From a virus (taxonomy: Duplodnaviria > Caudoviricetes), in IMG/VR virus record IMGVR_UViG_2862421350_000002, positions 22,710 through 86,709 of that record: a stretch of DNA of 64,000 bases. The stretch is one strand, 5' to 3'. The notes beneath the pieces are model-generated. The model made no database searches. It was not told where the DNA came from and saw only the letters and a list, made by a program, of their open reading frames with translations. A program made the position numbers and the translations under genes. Position 1 is the stretch's first letter; every line of letters starts with the position of its first letter. Shown in pieces: positions 9,601 to 19,499 of the stretch.

Positions 9601-11223
9601 GACGCCCGCGCACTGCTCGACGAACTCGGCTACAAGACGAAGACACTGCCCGACGGCAGCGTCCAGGTCACCGCCCGCACCGGTAGCGCCCTGTCCGGTC
9701 TGCAGCAGGTCAAGTACGCCCGCGACAGCCTCTCCGACAAGACGATCACCATCACCACGAACTACCGCGTCACCGGCTCCACCGCCCGGCGTGAGGGCGC
9801 GCACGGATCCCAGCTCCGGGAAGCCGACGGCGGGATCGTCGACTACTACGCCGACGGCGGTATCCGCGGCCGCGCCACCCGGCACTTCGCCGACGGGTCC
9901 GAGAACCACGTCGCCCAGATTGCCCCTGCCGGCGCAATGCGGGTGTGGGCCGAGCCGGAGACCGGCGGGGAAGGGTACGTCCCGTTCTCTCCGTCGAAGC
10001 GCCCCCGGTCCCGGGCCATCACCGAGGAGATCGTGCGCCGCCTCGGAGGCGACCCCGCAGCGATCCAGTGGAACGCGGACGGGAACGTCACCGACTGGCG
10101 GTACGACCCCGCCAGCGGGTCCCTGTACTCGCCCACGGACGCAGGGCAGGCCGGGCACAAGACGAAGAAGGTGAAGGTCAAGGGCAAGAACGGCAAGACC
10201 ACCACCAAAGACGTCGAATACTTCTCCCTGGCCGCAGTTGAGAAGCAGCTCAAGGCCAACTCGAAGGCCACCCGGGTCTGGAACAAGGACCTCGAGAAGG
10301 TCGCCGACCGGGTTGGTGGTGACGTCGCAGACGCCCTGGCCGCTATGGGCAAGGACGGTGTGGCCCTCGCGAAGAAGATGGCGAACGGGTCGACGAAGTA
10401 CATCAACGAGATGGCGGCCGCCCTCCGTGGCCTGTCCGCGACGGCCAAGGCCAGCCTCACGGACTACACCCGGCAGCTCGACAAGGCCACCGGCGCCGAC
10501 TCCGCGTTCACTCGCAATCTCGCCACCCTCGCGGCCCGCGGGTACGGGGACCTCGCCAAGCAGCTCGCCGCCCAGGGCGACACCGCAGCCCAGCAGCTTG
10601 CCGCCTCCGCCGTTGCCGACACCAAGAAGGCCGGCAAGGCGAACACCGCGGCGAAGAAGGCCAACACCGCCCTCACCGGCGACGAGGTCGACCAGCTCAT
10701 CGCGATCATCGCCGCGATCAAGACCAGCAAGACGGGCATCCACACCGTCTCCGATGCCACCGGGCTCGGCGAGGACGCCATCATCGCCACCGCCACGAAG
10801 GCCCAGGCCCAGATCAAGTCGTCCCTCGGCGCCCGCGCGGCAAAGTTCATCGCCGACCTGGCCCGCGCCAACAAGGGGCTCAGCTACGAGAACGGCGGGA
10901 TCCGGGAGGGCATCTACTCCACCCGCGGCGGCGCGGTGACCTTCGCTGAACCGTCCACCGGCGGCGAGGCGTACATCCCCCTCGGAGCCGCGAAGCGCGG
11001 CCCGGCCACGAACGTCCTCCGAGACGTGGCCTCCCGCTTCGGAGTCGGCCTCACCGACGCCACCAGCAGCCGCCCCATGGTCATCGTCCGCGAGGGCGGC
11101 GACACCAACGTCACCGTCCACACCGTCCGCACCGGGGCATCCGCCTCGGACATCGGCGCCCAGGTCGGGCGCAGCGTCCGCAGGGCGCGCAGGGGAGGGG
11201 TGAGCGCCCGTGCCGCCGCTTGA
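6664..11223 (+). CDS. Tape measure protein
   Basis: ~1519 aa, Ala-rich with hydrophobic central segments and two AEP(E/S)TGGE.Y.P motifs; GTG 6664 with SD AGGAGG. Confidence 0.92.
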   Translation: MAHWNLDVSLRGQGNNLSRKLKTAAADARDLADAARDAQSEVTQLGTVSTATGKAVKKLGTASEAATARLLAMGAQAKSAAKDMRKLERDLASADAQIRAMANEVSIRAELDDQTATGTASVRASLATLAGLSPIGLRATLDDDTGLGIAAVTAALANLRAQSPVDITATFTGDSSQMVTAATAIGDLRDRADSADTALAALAAQSATTAAALNTVQQEARDASRALRTLRARAAAAAEALEELGSRAILAATGLRSLGDGANTANGNLTALSGNTRTLRGDMDDLDGTLTRVTGRLGGLSGSLGTVSTTSSGTTGNMRNLMVAAVALGTALIPIAAATAPIAAGLAASGAAIGAFGLAVGGQIAALAEASEAETKYQDAVDEHGKSSEEAAKAEAEYLRTLADMPPAARESAAALAVLKDEYKDWSNALAGDTMPVVTKSMGLFRALLPHTTGLVKGTSRELDRLLNVAAGGMTTPGFDRFIKSFTAFATGALARGTTHLTGFIQALNTGEIGADLREFMAYAREHGPLVGETLMNLAKAVMTLLVAASDMGVSVLTAVNALAQLVNAIPPEALSTFIQLYAVMKLVTLGMAAMGAVAGGAALANVTAFGRAMMFGGVRPAIGGVIQGMSGLQKAAVALGVLGVVAIGLDMLTDKVRDAPPDVDKMTSSLARFADSGRVAGEMSRVFGKDLSGLVDTLSVMGSKGKGADFFAAFEKSPVNLKESKKEFEAFDKSLASLVTGGKADLAAAGLARVKAMMEAAGKPTAGMKDRLTEYKEALAAAAFEQQLAADGMGLFGQQAQAVQTKLDAQKASTDGLRQSIVALNETNRAALGGMIGFEASIDAAAKAAKENAGALKMVNGELDLNSPKAQAAATALQDLGAKTDEAATAALDSGKSWEYANGIYERGEQAIIKSGQAMGLTKAQAQALAATVLTIPEKKVSTIEMRREDAIAGLDAVIAKIKATPGNKSVTVKALTADARALLDELGYKTKTLPDGSVQVTARTGSALSGLQQVKYARDSLSDKTITITTNYRVTGSTARREGAHGSQLREADGGIVDYYADGGIRGRATRHFADGSENHVAQIAPAGAMRVWAEPETGGEGYVPFSPSKRPRSRAITEEIVRRLGGDPAAIQWNADGNVTDWRYDPASGSLYSPTDAGQAGHKTKKVKVKGKNGKTTTKDVEYFSLAAVEKQLKANSKATRVWNKDLEKVADRVGGDVADALAAMGKDGVALAKKMANGSTKYINEMAAALRGLSATAKASLTDYTRQLDKATGADSAFTRNLATLAARGYGDLAKQLAAQGDTAAQQLAASAVADTKKAGKANTAAKKANTALTGDEVDQLIAIIAAIKTSKTGIHTVSDATGLGEDAIIATATKAQAQIKSSLGARAAKFIADLARANKGLSYENGGIREGIYSTRGGAVTFAEPSTGGEAYIPLGAAKRGPATNVLRDVASRFGVGLTDATSSRPMVIVREGGDTNVTVHTVRTGASASDIGAQVGRSVRRARRGGVSARAAA

Positions 11224-12112
11224 GCTGACGGACTGGCAGTACGACCTGGGCGGATTCCTCATGGGCGCCGGAACCTCTATCCAGGTCCTGGAGACTACCG
11301 GCCTCGGCCGGCCCCCGGTCCGGGACAACGACGTTGACCAGCCGTCCATGGACGGAGTGTTCGCCGGTCCGGACTACTACGGGGCCCGGCAGGTGCAGAT
11401 CGACGCCGCGATCCGTATCCCCGGCGACCCTGCCGCCTGCCACGACGTCGTAGCCGCCCTCCAGGCCGACGCCGACGACCCCGCGGTCCGGCTGGCCGGC
11501 GGGGTAACGATGCCGCTGCGGATCCTGCGCCCCGGCCGTTCAGTGAAGCGCCTGGACGGCCGGCTGCGCCGAGTCGACCCCGAGTACCGGCAGGTCATCC
11601 ACGGCTACGTGCCCCTGGACATCGAGTTCATCGCCACCGACCCCGGCTTCTACGCCGACGAGGAGACCACCACCGAGATCCCCCTCGGCTGGCTCACCGG
11701 CGGCGGGTTCGCGGCCCCGATCGTCGCCCCGATCTTCGTCCAGTCAGGCACCACCGCCGCCGACCGTCCCGGGTGGGCCATCAACGCGGGGACCGGGCAC
11801 GCCTGGCCCGTCATCCGCATCACCGGGCCCGTCGCCAACGTGTCCGTCATCCACTCCACGTCCGGCCGCCGCCTCGACCTCCCCACCCTCAACCTGACCG
11901 CGGGCCAGTGGGTGGAGATCGACACCCGACCCGGCTACCGAACCGTCACCCGGGAGAACGGCGGCAACGCCTCCACGCTGCTCACCCCCACCTCCCGCAT
12001 CGACCTCTTCAGCCTGCCCCCGGGCCAGTCCGAGTTCCGGTGGACCGGCTTCGACGCCACCAACACGTCCCGTCTCCGCCTGACCTGGCGCGACGCCTAC
12101 ACCGCCCTCTGA
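11210..12112 (+). CDS. Distal tail (Dit)-like protein
   Basis: Follows the tape measure; EFIATDPGFY and N.G...WPVIRITGP motifs. Confidence 0.8.
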   Translation: MPPLELTDWQYDLGGFLMGAGTSIQVLETTGLGRPPVRDNDVDQPSMDGVFAGPDYYGARQVQIDAAIRIPGDPAACHDVVAALQADADDPAVRLAGGVTMPLRILRPGRSVKRLDGRLRRVDPEYRQVIHGYVPLDIEFIATDPGFYADEETTTEIPLGWLTGGGFAAPIVAPIFVQSGTTAADRPGWAINAGTGHAWPVIRITGPVANVSVIHSTSGRRLDLPTLNLTAGQWVEIDTRPGYRTVTRENGGNASTLLTPTSRIDLFSLPPGQSEFRWTGFDATNTSRLRLTWRDAYTAL

Positions 12113-12122
12113 GGAGCACACC

Positions 12123-13064
12123 ATGCCGCTGTACCCAGTGCCGATCCTCACCGACGGCGCCACCCACTCCGCAGAGCAGTTCCGCGCCATGGTCCAGGAC
12201 CTCGCCCGCGGCGCCGAGGGCATCACCCAGGGCACCGACCTCAAGGTCACCCAACTCGGCACCCCCGGCGGCAGCGTCCAGGTCGCCAGCGGGTCCGGTG
12301 TCGTCCGCGGCCGGGTCAACGCTTTCCAGGGCAGCTACGCCGTACGCAACCAGGGCACCGACACCGTGACCGTCGCCTCCACCGGCGGATCGCCGCGCTC
12401 CGACATGCTGATCCTCCGGGTGGAGGACCCTCAGTACGAAGGCACCCTCAACCCCGAAGTCGACAACATCAACTACTTCCAGATCATCTCGAACGTGTCC
12501 TCCAGCGCCACGACGATCCCCGACGGGCGCACCGGTATCCCCTTGGCCCGGATCGACATCCCTGCGTCCACGTCCACGATCACCGACGCCATGATCAAGG
12601 ATCTGCGGACGATCGCGAACCCTCGCCGTGACCGGCAGATGTTCCCGCACTCTCCGTCCTCGGCCTCTACCGAGATCACTGGCAGTGCCAGCAGCTGGGG
12701 GTACTTCACCACCGAGGCCGGCTGGAGCCTGGCCGTCCCGACATGGGCCAGCAAGGCCCTGGTCCGCATCGACATGTACAGCGTCCGCGTCTCCACCGCG
12801 AACTTCTACGGTGCGGTCCGCGCCGTCTTCGGGTCCTCCCTCCTCGTCGTCCAGGCGGTGTCCGTGGACGACAACCAGGGAACCGCGATCCGCCGCATCA
12901 ACGTAGGCATCGCCGACACCATCACCATTCCCGACGCCTACCGGGGCACCACCCAGCTCCTGCGCCCCCAGGCCGCCGGGTACTCCGGCAATACCGGCCG
13001 GATCAGCGTCGACGGGTCCTCGACCTTCGTGTACGAGGTCGAGTTCTACGAGGGGCCCCGATGA
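12123..13064 (+). CDS. Minor tail protein
   Basis: V.VASG.GVV...PRSD.LILRV.DPQY pattern of actinophage minor tail proteins. Confidence 0.7.
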   Translation: MPLYPVPILTDGATHSAEQFRAMVQDLARGAEGITQGTDLKVTQLGTPGGSVQVASGSGVVRGRVNAFQGSYAVRNQGTDTVTVASTGGSPRSDMLILRVEDPQYEGTLNPEVDNINYFQIISNVSSSATTIPDGRTGIPLARIDIPASTSTITDAMIKDLRTIANPRRDRQMFPHSPSSASTEITGSASSWGYFTTEAGWSLAVPTWASKALVRIDMYSVRVSTANFYGAVRAVFGSSLLVVQAVSVDDNQGTAIRRINVGIADTITIPDAYRGTTQLLRPQAAGYSGNTGRISVDGSSTFVYEVEFYEGPR

Positions 13065-14167
13065 CCACAACCCCGGGCCGGGTCCTCACGCAGCACGCGC
13101 TGACGGGGGAGTGGCTGTCCACGGCCCTGCCGCTGAGCGATCTGGAGTACGGGCCCGAACTCAACGGGCCCGGCTCCCTCTCCGGGACCCTGTCGCCCCG
13201 TCTGCTGTCTCAGCACCCCACCCTCATCGACCCCGGCACCACCCTCATCTACGTCGAGGAGGACGGGGAACTCCGGTGGGGCGGCCTGGTGTGGCACCTG
13301 GAGATGCAGGGCGACCGCCTCTCCCTGGAGGCCGCCTCGTGGTCGTCGTACCTGCAGAAGCGCCGGGATCTCGACGGAAACTATGGGGGCCGCGGGCCGT
13401 ACGTGTACGCCGACCCGTGCACCGTGATCCGGGACATCTGGGCGTACGCGCAGTCCATCCCCGACGGTGATCTCGGAGTCACCGTTGACTCGACCACGTC
13501 GACGGCGAAGGTCGGCACCCCCGCCGAGCCGCTCGCCTCACCTTTCTGGGAGAAACCGGTCCTTGGGGAGGCCGCCGACAACCTCGTCTCCGGTGAGGCC
13601 ACCCCCGACTACACCTGCTCTGTGGCCTGGAACCCGGCCAAGACCGCACCCGTCCGCCGCGTGCGCCTCGGCTGGCCGCGCCTTGGGGCCCGCCGCACCG
13701 ACATCACCTTCAGCTCCGGCGTGAACATCATCGAGGACCCCCCGGTCACGATGGCCGCCGACGACTACGCCCAGGTCGTCATCGCCACCGGCGAAGGCGA
13801 CGGCTCCGCGAAACCCTCCGAGATCTCCGCCGTGCGCAACGGTCGGCTCCGCCTGGAGCACCTCATCGACATCCCCGACGTCAAAGGGCGCGACATCCTC
13901 GCCTCCCGCGCCGCTGCTGAACGGACCCGCCGGCAGAACCTCGGCTCCGTCGACCAGATCACCATCCGCAACACCCCCGCCGCCCCGTTCGGCTCCTGGC
14001 AGGTCGGCGACGACGTGTACACCCGCGTCAACAACGCCTGGACCAGCTACGTCGGCTGGCGGCGCATCACCGGCTGGCGGACCCAGCCCCACGCCAACGG
14101 CGGGCCCCGCGCCGTCATCGACCTCCAACCCGCCGACTCCTACCAGTACGGAGGCGTCACCTCATGA
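13061..14167 (+). CDS. Tail tip/hub (Tal-like) protein
   Basis: ELNGPGSLSG, WGGLVW and WQVGDDV motifs. Confidence 0.7.
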   Translation: MTTTPGRVLTQHALTGEWLSTALPLSDLEYGPELNGPGSLSGTLSPRLLSQHPTLIDPGTTLIYVEEDGELRWGGLVWHLEMQGDRLSLEAASWSSYLQKRRDLDGNYGGRGPYVYADPCTVIRDIWAYAQSIPDGDLGVTVDSTTSTAKVGTPAEPLASPFWEKPVLGEAADNLVSGEATPDYTCSVAWNPAKTAPVRRVRLGWPRLGARRTDITFSSGVNIIEDPPVTMAADDYAQVVIATGEGDGSAKPSEISAVRNGRLRLEHLIDIPDVKGRDILASRAAAERTRRQNLGSVDQITIRNTPAAPFGSWQVGDDVYTRVNNAWTSYVGWRRITGWRTQPHANGGPRAVIDLQPADSYQYGGVTS

Positions 14168-16734
14168 CCGTCGACATCGGGCGTATCCTCGCCGACATCG
14201 GACGCCGCCTGGCAAAGGTCGAGGCACAGTCCCGCCTCAAGTCCGCCTCGATAGACGACGCCGCACTCCTGGTCCGCGACGGCACCGGTTCCCTGCGCGG
14301 CATCGTCGGACAGCAGGGCGACGGCACCACCGCAGTCACCATCGTCAACGGCCCGCCCCCGCCACAACCGTCAGCACCGATCGTCACCTCCGTCCTCGGA
14401 GGGGTCGCCGCCTCATGGGACGGCCAGTTCACCGACGGCCAGGTACTGCCCCTGGACTGGTCCCGCGTGGAAGTCCACGCCTCGACGGACCCCGGATTCG
14501 TCCCGTTCGCTGGCACGCTGCACTCAACGATCGAAACCGCCCAGGGCGCCACGGTCATCGTCGCGACCGACGACCCGGTGTACGTACGGCTCCTCGCCCG
14601 CAGCACATCCGGCACCGCCTCCCCGCCCTCCACCCCAACCGGACCGCACGGGCCGACACCCGTGGTCGCCACCGAACTCCTCGACGGCATCGTCACCACC
14701 GTCAAGCTCGCCGACGACGCGGTCACCGCCGCCAAGGTCGCCGCCGCCGCCGTCACCCCCGACGCGCTCGCCCCGGTCCTCGCCGACACCGTGTCCCAGC
14801 GGTGGGTCGACACGATGGACGACCCCGCAGCGTGGACCCTCGTCGCCCAGGAAACCGGAGCCACCTGGTCACACCAAACCGTCACCGACGCCTCAGTCGG
14901 CGGCGGCAGTGTCGGGCAGGCCGCCGGATACGTTGGGGTACGCGGCACCACCCTCATCCCGCACGACCCCTCCACCATGTACCGCATCTCCGTGCGCATC
15001 CGGGCCAGCCCCGAGCCGGCCGCCGGCCCCGACACCTGCTACCTCGGCCTCATTGGATTTGCCGCAGACAGGACCACCATGGTCAACCGGGCCGGTGCGG
15101 ACAGCGTCGACTCCCAGTACTACCCCGTAGCCAGGCTCCAGGCGGTGGCCGCCGCCGACGGGTGGACCGTGTACACCGGATTCATCCAAGGTCGCGGCGC
15201 CCCGGCCACCAGCGTCGGCGGCGGCCCGGCCCCGGACCCCTTGGCACCCGAACCGCTCCACAGCCAGGTCCGGTTCATCACCCCGTACCTGCTGCTCAAC
15301 TACACGCGCCGCGACAACGCAGGCATCATGCAGGTCGACACAGTGTCAGTCGAGGCCCTGCGTACTGGTGTGGTGACCGCCGCGTACCTGGCGGCGGGAA
15401 GCGTCTCCACGTCGAAGCTCGTCGCCGGCGCCGTGCAGACCGCGCAGCTTGACGCGGAGGCTGTCAACGCCTCGAAGATCGCCGCCGGGGCCGTCACCAC
15501 AGCGAAGCTCGACGCGCTGGCCGTGACTGCTGACAAGATCGCGGCGAACACCATCACCACAGCGAAGCTCGCCGCCGGGTCCGTAGACGCCACTGCTCTG
15601 AAAGCCGACGCGATCACCGGCAAGACCATCACTGGTGGCGTCATCAACGGCGCCGAATTCCACTCCGATGATGGTGCGGGCGGCCTCGTCGACATCGAGA
15701 GTGGAACCGTCCTGACGACAGCCTCCACTGGTTGGCGGATCGCCATCGACCCCAGTAAGCCTCAGCCCGCCGTCGTCTGGCTCAACGACACCGGGGTCAT
15801 CGCCGGAGAGATCAACGGCATGGGTGACTCCACCCGCCCCGGCCTCGTCCTGTCCTCCGGGCCCTTCACCGACGGAGCTGTCACCGACTGGCGGTGGGCC
15901 ACCCGCTCCGGAGCCGACGGAGCCATCAACGGGTGGCGCACCGGGCGTTTCCGCGAATCCGACCAGAACACCATCCTCGGCGGCTATATCAACCTCGCCC
16001 CCGACAAGGCCACCCTGGCCTGGATCGACACCGCCAACTCCGCCACGAACACCATTCTCCAGATCAGCCAAGGCCTCTTTGTGTTCGACGAAGGCCGCTT
16101 CGTCATCGAGCCACCCGTCTCATCGGCGCCAGCCTTCCACCTAGCTGCGCAGACCGGCCATACCGGACACCTCATCAGAGCCCAGGTCAACCTCGTCAAC
16201 CAGTTCGTCGTCACCGCAGGCGGGGCAGTCACCGCCACCGGATCCGTCACCGGGGCCAGCTTCACCACGGCGGGATCAGTCAACGCAGCCACCGTCACCA
16301 CCACCAGTAATGCCACAGTTGGTGGCACTCTCGGCATAGCCAACGCCACCGTCTCCGGGCAGATCACCAAGGACGCCACCTGGTCCACCCTCAGCACCGG
16401 AACCGGTTGGGCCGGATACGGCGGCGCCTACGGCATCGGACGCTACCGGCGTATGCCTGACGGCAGCGTCGTCATCCGCGACCTCATCAACCGCACCGCC
16501 TCCACCACCATCCCCAGCGGCGAGATCGTTGCAACCCTCCCCGTCGGCTACCGCCCCGTCACCCAGGTCCAGCAGAACATTTTCGTCGGCGGCTCCTCCG
16601 GCGGCTCCCTCTCCATCAACATCAACACGAACGGCACTATCACCCTCACCAACATCACCCCCGGGGCCGTCACCTACCTCTCCACCGGCAGCGGCTACAT
16701 CAGCCTGAACGGCTACCAGTTCTTCACCGACTGA
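14164..16734 (+). CDS. Tail fibre / host-specificity protein
   Basis: FnIII-like N-terminal part, VT(T/A)AK(L/I)AAGAV repeats, C-terminal YRRM..GSVVIR..LPVGYRP head domain. Confidence 0.8.
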   Translation: MTVDIGRILADIGRRLAKVEAQSRLKSASIDDAALLVRDGTGSLRGIVGQQGDGTTAVTIVNGPPPPQPSAPIVTSVLGGVAASWDGQFTDGQVLPLDWSRVEVHASTDPGFVPFAGTLHSTIETAQGATVIVATDDPVYVRLLARSTSGTASPPSTPTGPHGPTPVVATELLDGIVTTVKLADDAVTAAKVAAAAVTPDALAPVLADTVSQRWVDTMDDPAAWTLVAQETGATWSHQTVTDASVGGGSVGQAAGYVGVRGTTLIPHDPSTMYRISVRIRASPEPAAGPDTCYLGLIGFAADRTTMVNRAGADSVDSQYYPVARLQAVAAADGWTVYTGFIQGRGAPATSVGGGPAPDPLAPEPLHSQVRFITPYLLLNYTRRDNAGIMQVDTVSVEALRTGVVTAAYLAAGSVSTSKLVAGAVQTAQLDAEAVNASKIAAGAVTTAKLDALAVTADKIAANTITTAKLAAGSVDATALKADAITGKTITGGVINGAEFHSDDGAGGLVDIESGTVLTTASTGWRIAIDPSKPQPAVVWLNDTGVIAGEINGMGDSTRPGLVLSSGPFTDGAVTDWRWATRSGADGAINGWRTGRFRESDQNTILGGYINLAPDKATLAWIDTANSATNTILQISQGLFVFDEGRFVIEPPVSSAPAFHLAAQTGHTGHLIRAQVNLVNQFVVTAGGAVTATGSVTGASFTTAGSVNAATVTTTSNATVGGTLGIANATVSGQITKDATWSTLSTGTGWAGYGGAYGIGRYRRMPDGSVVIRDLINRTASTTIPSGEIVATLPVGYRPVTQVQQNIFVGGSSGGSLSININTNGTITLTNITPGAVTYLSTGSGYISLNGYQFFTD

Positions 16735-16890
16735 CCGCCGACCAGGGGGAGTGCCCGGCCCGCACACCCGTACGCTGATCCGTAGGGCGACCCTCCGCCC
16801 GCGCTTCACACCCGAGGGACTGCCACCCGGCCCCGGCCGGCGCAGCACGCCAATCAGTCAGCTCGGGCGCGGGGAGTGCAGGAGCAGGCG

Positions 16891-17715
16891 TTGCCGGACA
16901 CCTACGTCCGCGAGTACACCCCGGCCGGGCACCTCGGCCGCCACATGGCCTTGGACTCGCGGAGTCTCGCCTACCGGCGCCCGTACGACGGGCAACCCCT
17001 ACGCGCCACCGCGTGGGAACCCCGCCTGCCCGTCCTCGACCAGACACGGCTCCTCTCCCAGGGCATCCACACCGCAGAGGCCTACGGTCTCGAGTCGGAT
17101 GCCGACGCACTGGCCTCCTGTACCGGGAACGCGGCCACCGCCCTCCTGTCGGTCCTTCTCACCCCCGAGCAGGCGCACGCCGCCGCCCTGAACCTGGCGG
17201 ACCCGGCGATGGCGCAGCATTTCGCGATCGGCCTGTACGCCGACGCCACGACCTGTGACCAGTGGTCCGAACTCGCCTGGCCTGACCAGGACGTTGGCTC
17301 GTCCGGGCTCGGCGTCGCCAAGGTCATGCGCGCACGCGGGCTGATCGACCAGTACGGGCACGCCACCACCGCCGAGGAGGTGTGCACGCTCCTGCAGACC
17401 GGCCCGGTGCTCCTCGGAATGCCGTGGCACGCCGCGTTCTCCGACCCTGACCTGGATGGGTTCATTGACGCTGACCCTGCCTGGGCGGACTCGCCATTGG
17501 AGGGCGGCCACGAGGTGTGCGTCACCGCCCTTGAAGCCGTCGCCCTCAACGACGGCACCCTCATGCCGGAGCACACGATCCTGCGCTTCAGAAACTCCCA
17601 TGGCGCCGCGTGGGGAGACCACGGCGACGGCCGGCTCCGCCTCTCCACGTACCTGGCCATCCGCGACCAGGCCGACGTCATCCAGCCCCGCCTCGACTCC
17701 TGGAGAACCCGATGA
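16891..17715 (+). CDS. Papain-like cysteine peptidase in the lysis region
   Basis: DQ...SCTGNA, GGHEVC, RNSHG catalytic motifs; start is TTG 16891 (SD GGAG) or GTG 16876. Confidence 0.75.
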   Translation: MPDTYVREYTPAGHLGRHMALDSRSLAYRRPYDGQPLRATAWEPRLPVLDQTRLLSQGIHTAEAYGLESDADALASCTGNAATALLSVLLTPEQAHAAALNLADPAMAQHFAIGLYADATTCDQWSELAWPDQDVGSSGLGVAKVMRARGLIDQYGHATTAEEVCTLLQTGPVLLGMPWHAAFSDPDLDGFIDADPAWADSPLEGGHEVCVTALEAVALNDGTLMPEHTILRFRNSHGAAWGDHGDGRLRLSTYLAIRDQADVIQPRLDSWRTR

Positions 17716-18122
17716 GCCGCCTCAGCAAGCCCGACACCACCGACTCCCCTGACACCCCCAGCGCCAGCACGCCGGAGGAGACGCCCGCCCGTACCTCGGC
17801 GGCCTCCGGCGCACCGGAGCCCACAACGGCGACTGACGCCACCAGCGCGTACGAGCCGTACCCCGGCGCCCACTACTTCCACGGCGGCCGCCACAGCCAG
17901 ATCGTCCACGCCATGGCCCGCCGCCTCGTCCAGGAAGGCCACTGGACCACCACCCAGCCTGCCGGGCCGGACTGGACGAACGGACACAAGCGGGCCTTCG
18001 CCGCCTTCCAGCACACCCTTCGCCCCAAGGAGGGCGGTGACGTCAGCGGCATTCCCGACGAGGTGGCGTGGGACCGGCTGCAGGTGCCCCGTGTCAGCCC
18101 CGTCCCGATCAGGGAGAACTGA
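17712..18122 (+). CDS. Stand-alone peptidoglycan-binding domain protein
   Basis: YEPYPGA.YF.GG.HS.IV..M..RLV.EG...GPDWT...GIP....WDRLQVP, the cell-wall module seen on Streptomyces phage lysins. Confidence 0.65.
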   Translation: MSRLSKPDTTDSPDTPSASTPEETPARTSAASGAPEPTTATDATSAYEPYPGAHYFHGGRHSQIVHAMARRLVQEGHWTTTQPAGPDWTNGHKRAFAAFQHTLRPKEGGDVSGIPDEVAWDRLQVPRVSPVPIREN

Positions 18123-18124
18123 CC

Positions 18125-19198
18125 GTGGCCACTCCGCTGTCCGCCGAGCGGCAACTCGCGGCTCTGCGCACCGAGGGTGTGAAGGTCTCGGAGCACCGCA
18201 GTTGGCGCACCCACAACCGCAACCACAAGGGAGCATGGGGCCCGGTCCACGGGGTGATGATCCACCACACCGTCAGCTCCGGCGACGACTCCTCAGTGGC
18301 CCTCTGTTACAACGGCCACTCCGCCCTGCCCGGCCCGCTGTGCCACGGAGTCGGCCGCAACGATGGCACCGTCGCGCTCGTATCGTCCGGCCGTGCGAAC
18401 CACGCTGGCTCCGGCGACGGTGACGTGCTGCGCGCCGTCATCAACGAGACCGCCCTGCCCCCGGCCAACGAGGCGAACACCGACGGGAACCGGCACTACT
18501 ACGGGCTGGAGATCGTCAACCTCGGCAACAACAAGGACACCTACACCCGCGCCCAGTACCGGGCCGCGGTGCTGTGGGCGGCCGCCCTATGCCGGGCGCA
18601 CGGCTGGTCGGAGCGCTCGGTCATCGGCCACAAGGAGTGGCAGCCCGGAAAAATCGACCCCCGCGGCCCGATCGAGGGCGGCGGCTCCTTCTCGATGACC
18701 CAGTTCCGCGCCGACGTGCGAGCACAACTGGCGACGAAGCCGGGCAGCGACCCGACGCCGACCGCCCCCACCAAGCCGACGGCGCCGACGCCAGCCGTCA
18801 AGGAGGAACCGCCCGTGCCCGCCACGAAGGTCATCACCGAGTCCGTACCCGCGTCCGACCGACTCCCCGCCGGCGAGTACACGCTGATCAAGCTCGCCAA
18901 GGACACGGCCGCGCTCCAGGGCCCGTGCACCTACGTCGTCACCGCCTACGCCACGATCACCGGCACCCCCGGCACCAGGGTCACCGCCCGGTACCACGAC
19001 CTGCCACTCGCCACCGGCCGCCCATCCCTCGACCTCCCAATCGACGGCGGCGTCATCGGCCCGGACGGCACCCTCAACCTCTCCGCCACCCGCAACGGAG
19101 GCCTCGACGCGAAGGAGCAACTCCGCCTGGAGCTGCGGGCCGACGCCGACGCCACCGTCACCCGACGTGTCCTGCGCGCCCTGCGCACCGACGCCTGA
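18125..19198 (+). CDS. Endolysin, N-acetylmuramoyl-L-alanine amidase (Amidase_2)
   Basis: IHHT, ANHAG, YGLEIVN and IGHKEW..GKIDP zinc amidase motifs. Confidence 0.92.
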   Translation: MATPLSAERQLAALRTEGVKVSEHRSWRTHNRNHKGAWGPVHGVMIHHTVSSGDDSSVALCYNGHSALPGPLCHGVGRNDGTVALVSSGRANHAGSGDGDVLRAVINETALPPANEANTDGNRHYYGLEIVNLGNNKDTYTRAQYRAAVLWAAALCRAHGWSERSVIGHKEWQPGKIDPRGPIEGGGSFSMTQFRADVRAQLATKPGSDPTPTAPTKPTAPTPAVKEEPPVPATKVITESVPASDRLPAGEYTLIKLAKDTAALQGPCTYVVTAYATITGTPGTRVTARYHDLPLATGRPSLDLPIDGGVIGPDGTLNLSATRNGGLDAKEQLRLELRADADATVTRRVLRALRTDA

Positions 19199-19215
19199 CC
19201 CAGAAGGAGTACCCC

Positions 19216-19479
19216 ATGAGCGACACTCCGTTCCCTCTCCCGTCCACCGAGACCGTCATCAAGGGAGCGCGCACCTACGCCCGCGACCTGGCCGAGCGCG
19301 TCACCGCAACGTTCCTTCAGACCTTCGTCGGCGGGCTGGTGCTGACTCAGCCGTTCGATATCGGCATGTGGGAGGCCGCCGCTGTCGGCGGTGTCGGCGC
19401 CGCGCTCTCTCTGCTGAAGGGGCTGGTCGCGCGGTGGCGGGACGTCACCCATTCCGCGTCGCTCGCCAAGGGTGTCTGA
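19216..19479 (+). CDS. Holin (r1t-like)
   Basis: DLAERV..TF.Q, two hydrophobic helices, SD AAGGAG. Confidence 0.8.
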   Translation: MSDTPFPLPSTETVIKGARTYARDLAERVTATFLQTFVGGLVLTQPFDIGMWEAAAVGGVGAALSLLKGLVARWRDVTHSASLAKGV

Positions 19480-19499
19480 CCCACCTCGCACCAGGAGGC

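Noticed and set aside
9115-11349. Long antisense or alternate-frame ORFs (e.g. 9115-11349, 29820-31640, 53881-55626, 55581-57086, 60431-62989)
   Set aside because: Shadows of real genes in high-GC DNA; Arg/Gly/Pro-rich with no motifs
15360-15630. Tandem DNA repeats in the tail fibre and collagen genes as DGR or VNTR
   Set aside because: Explained by protein repeats; no reverse transcriptase or template/variable repeat pair
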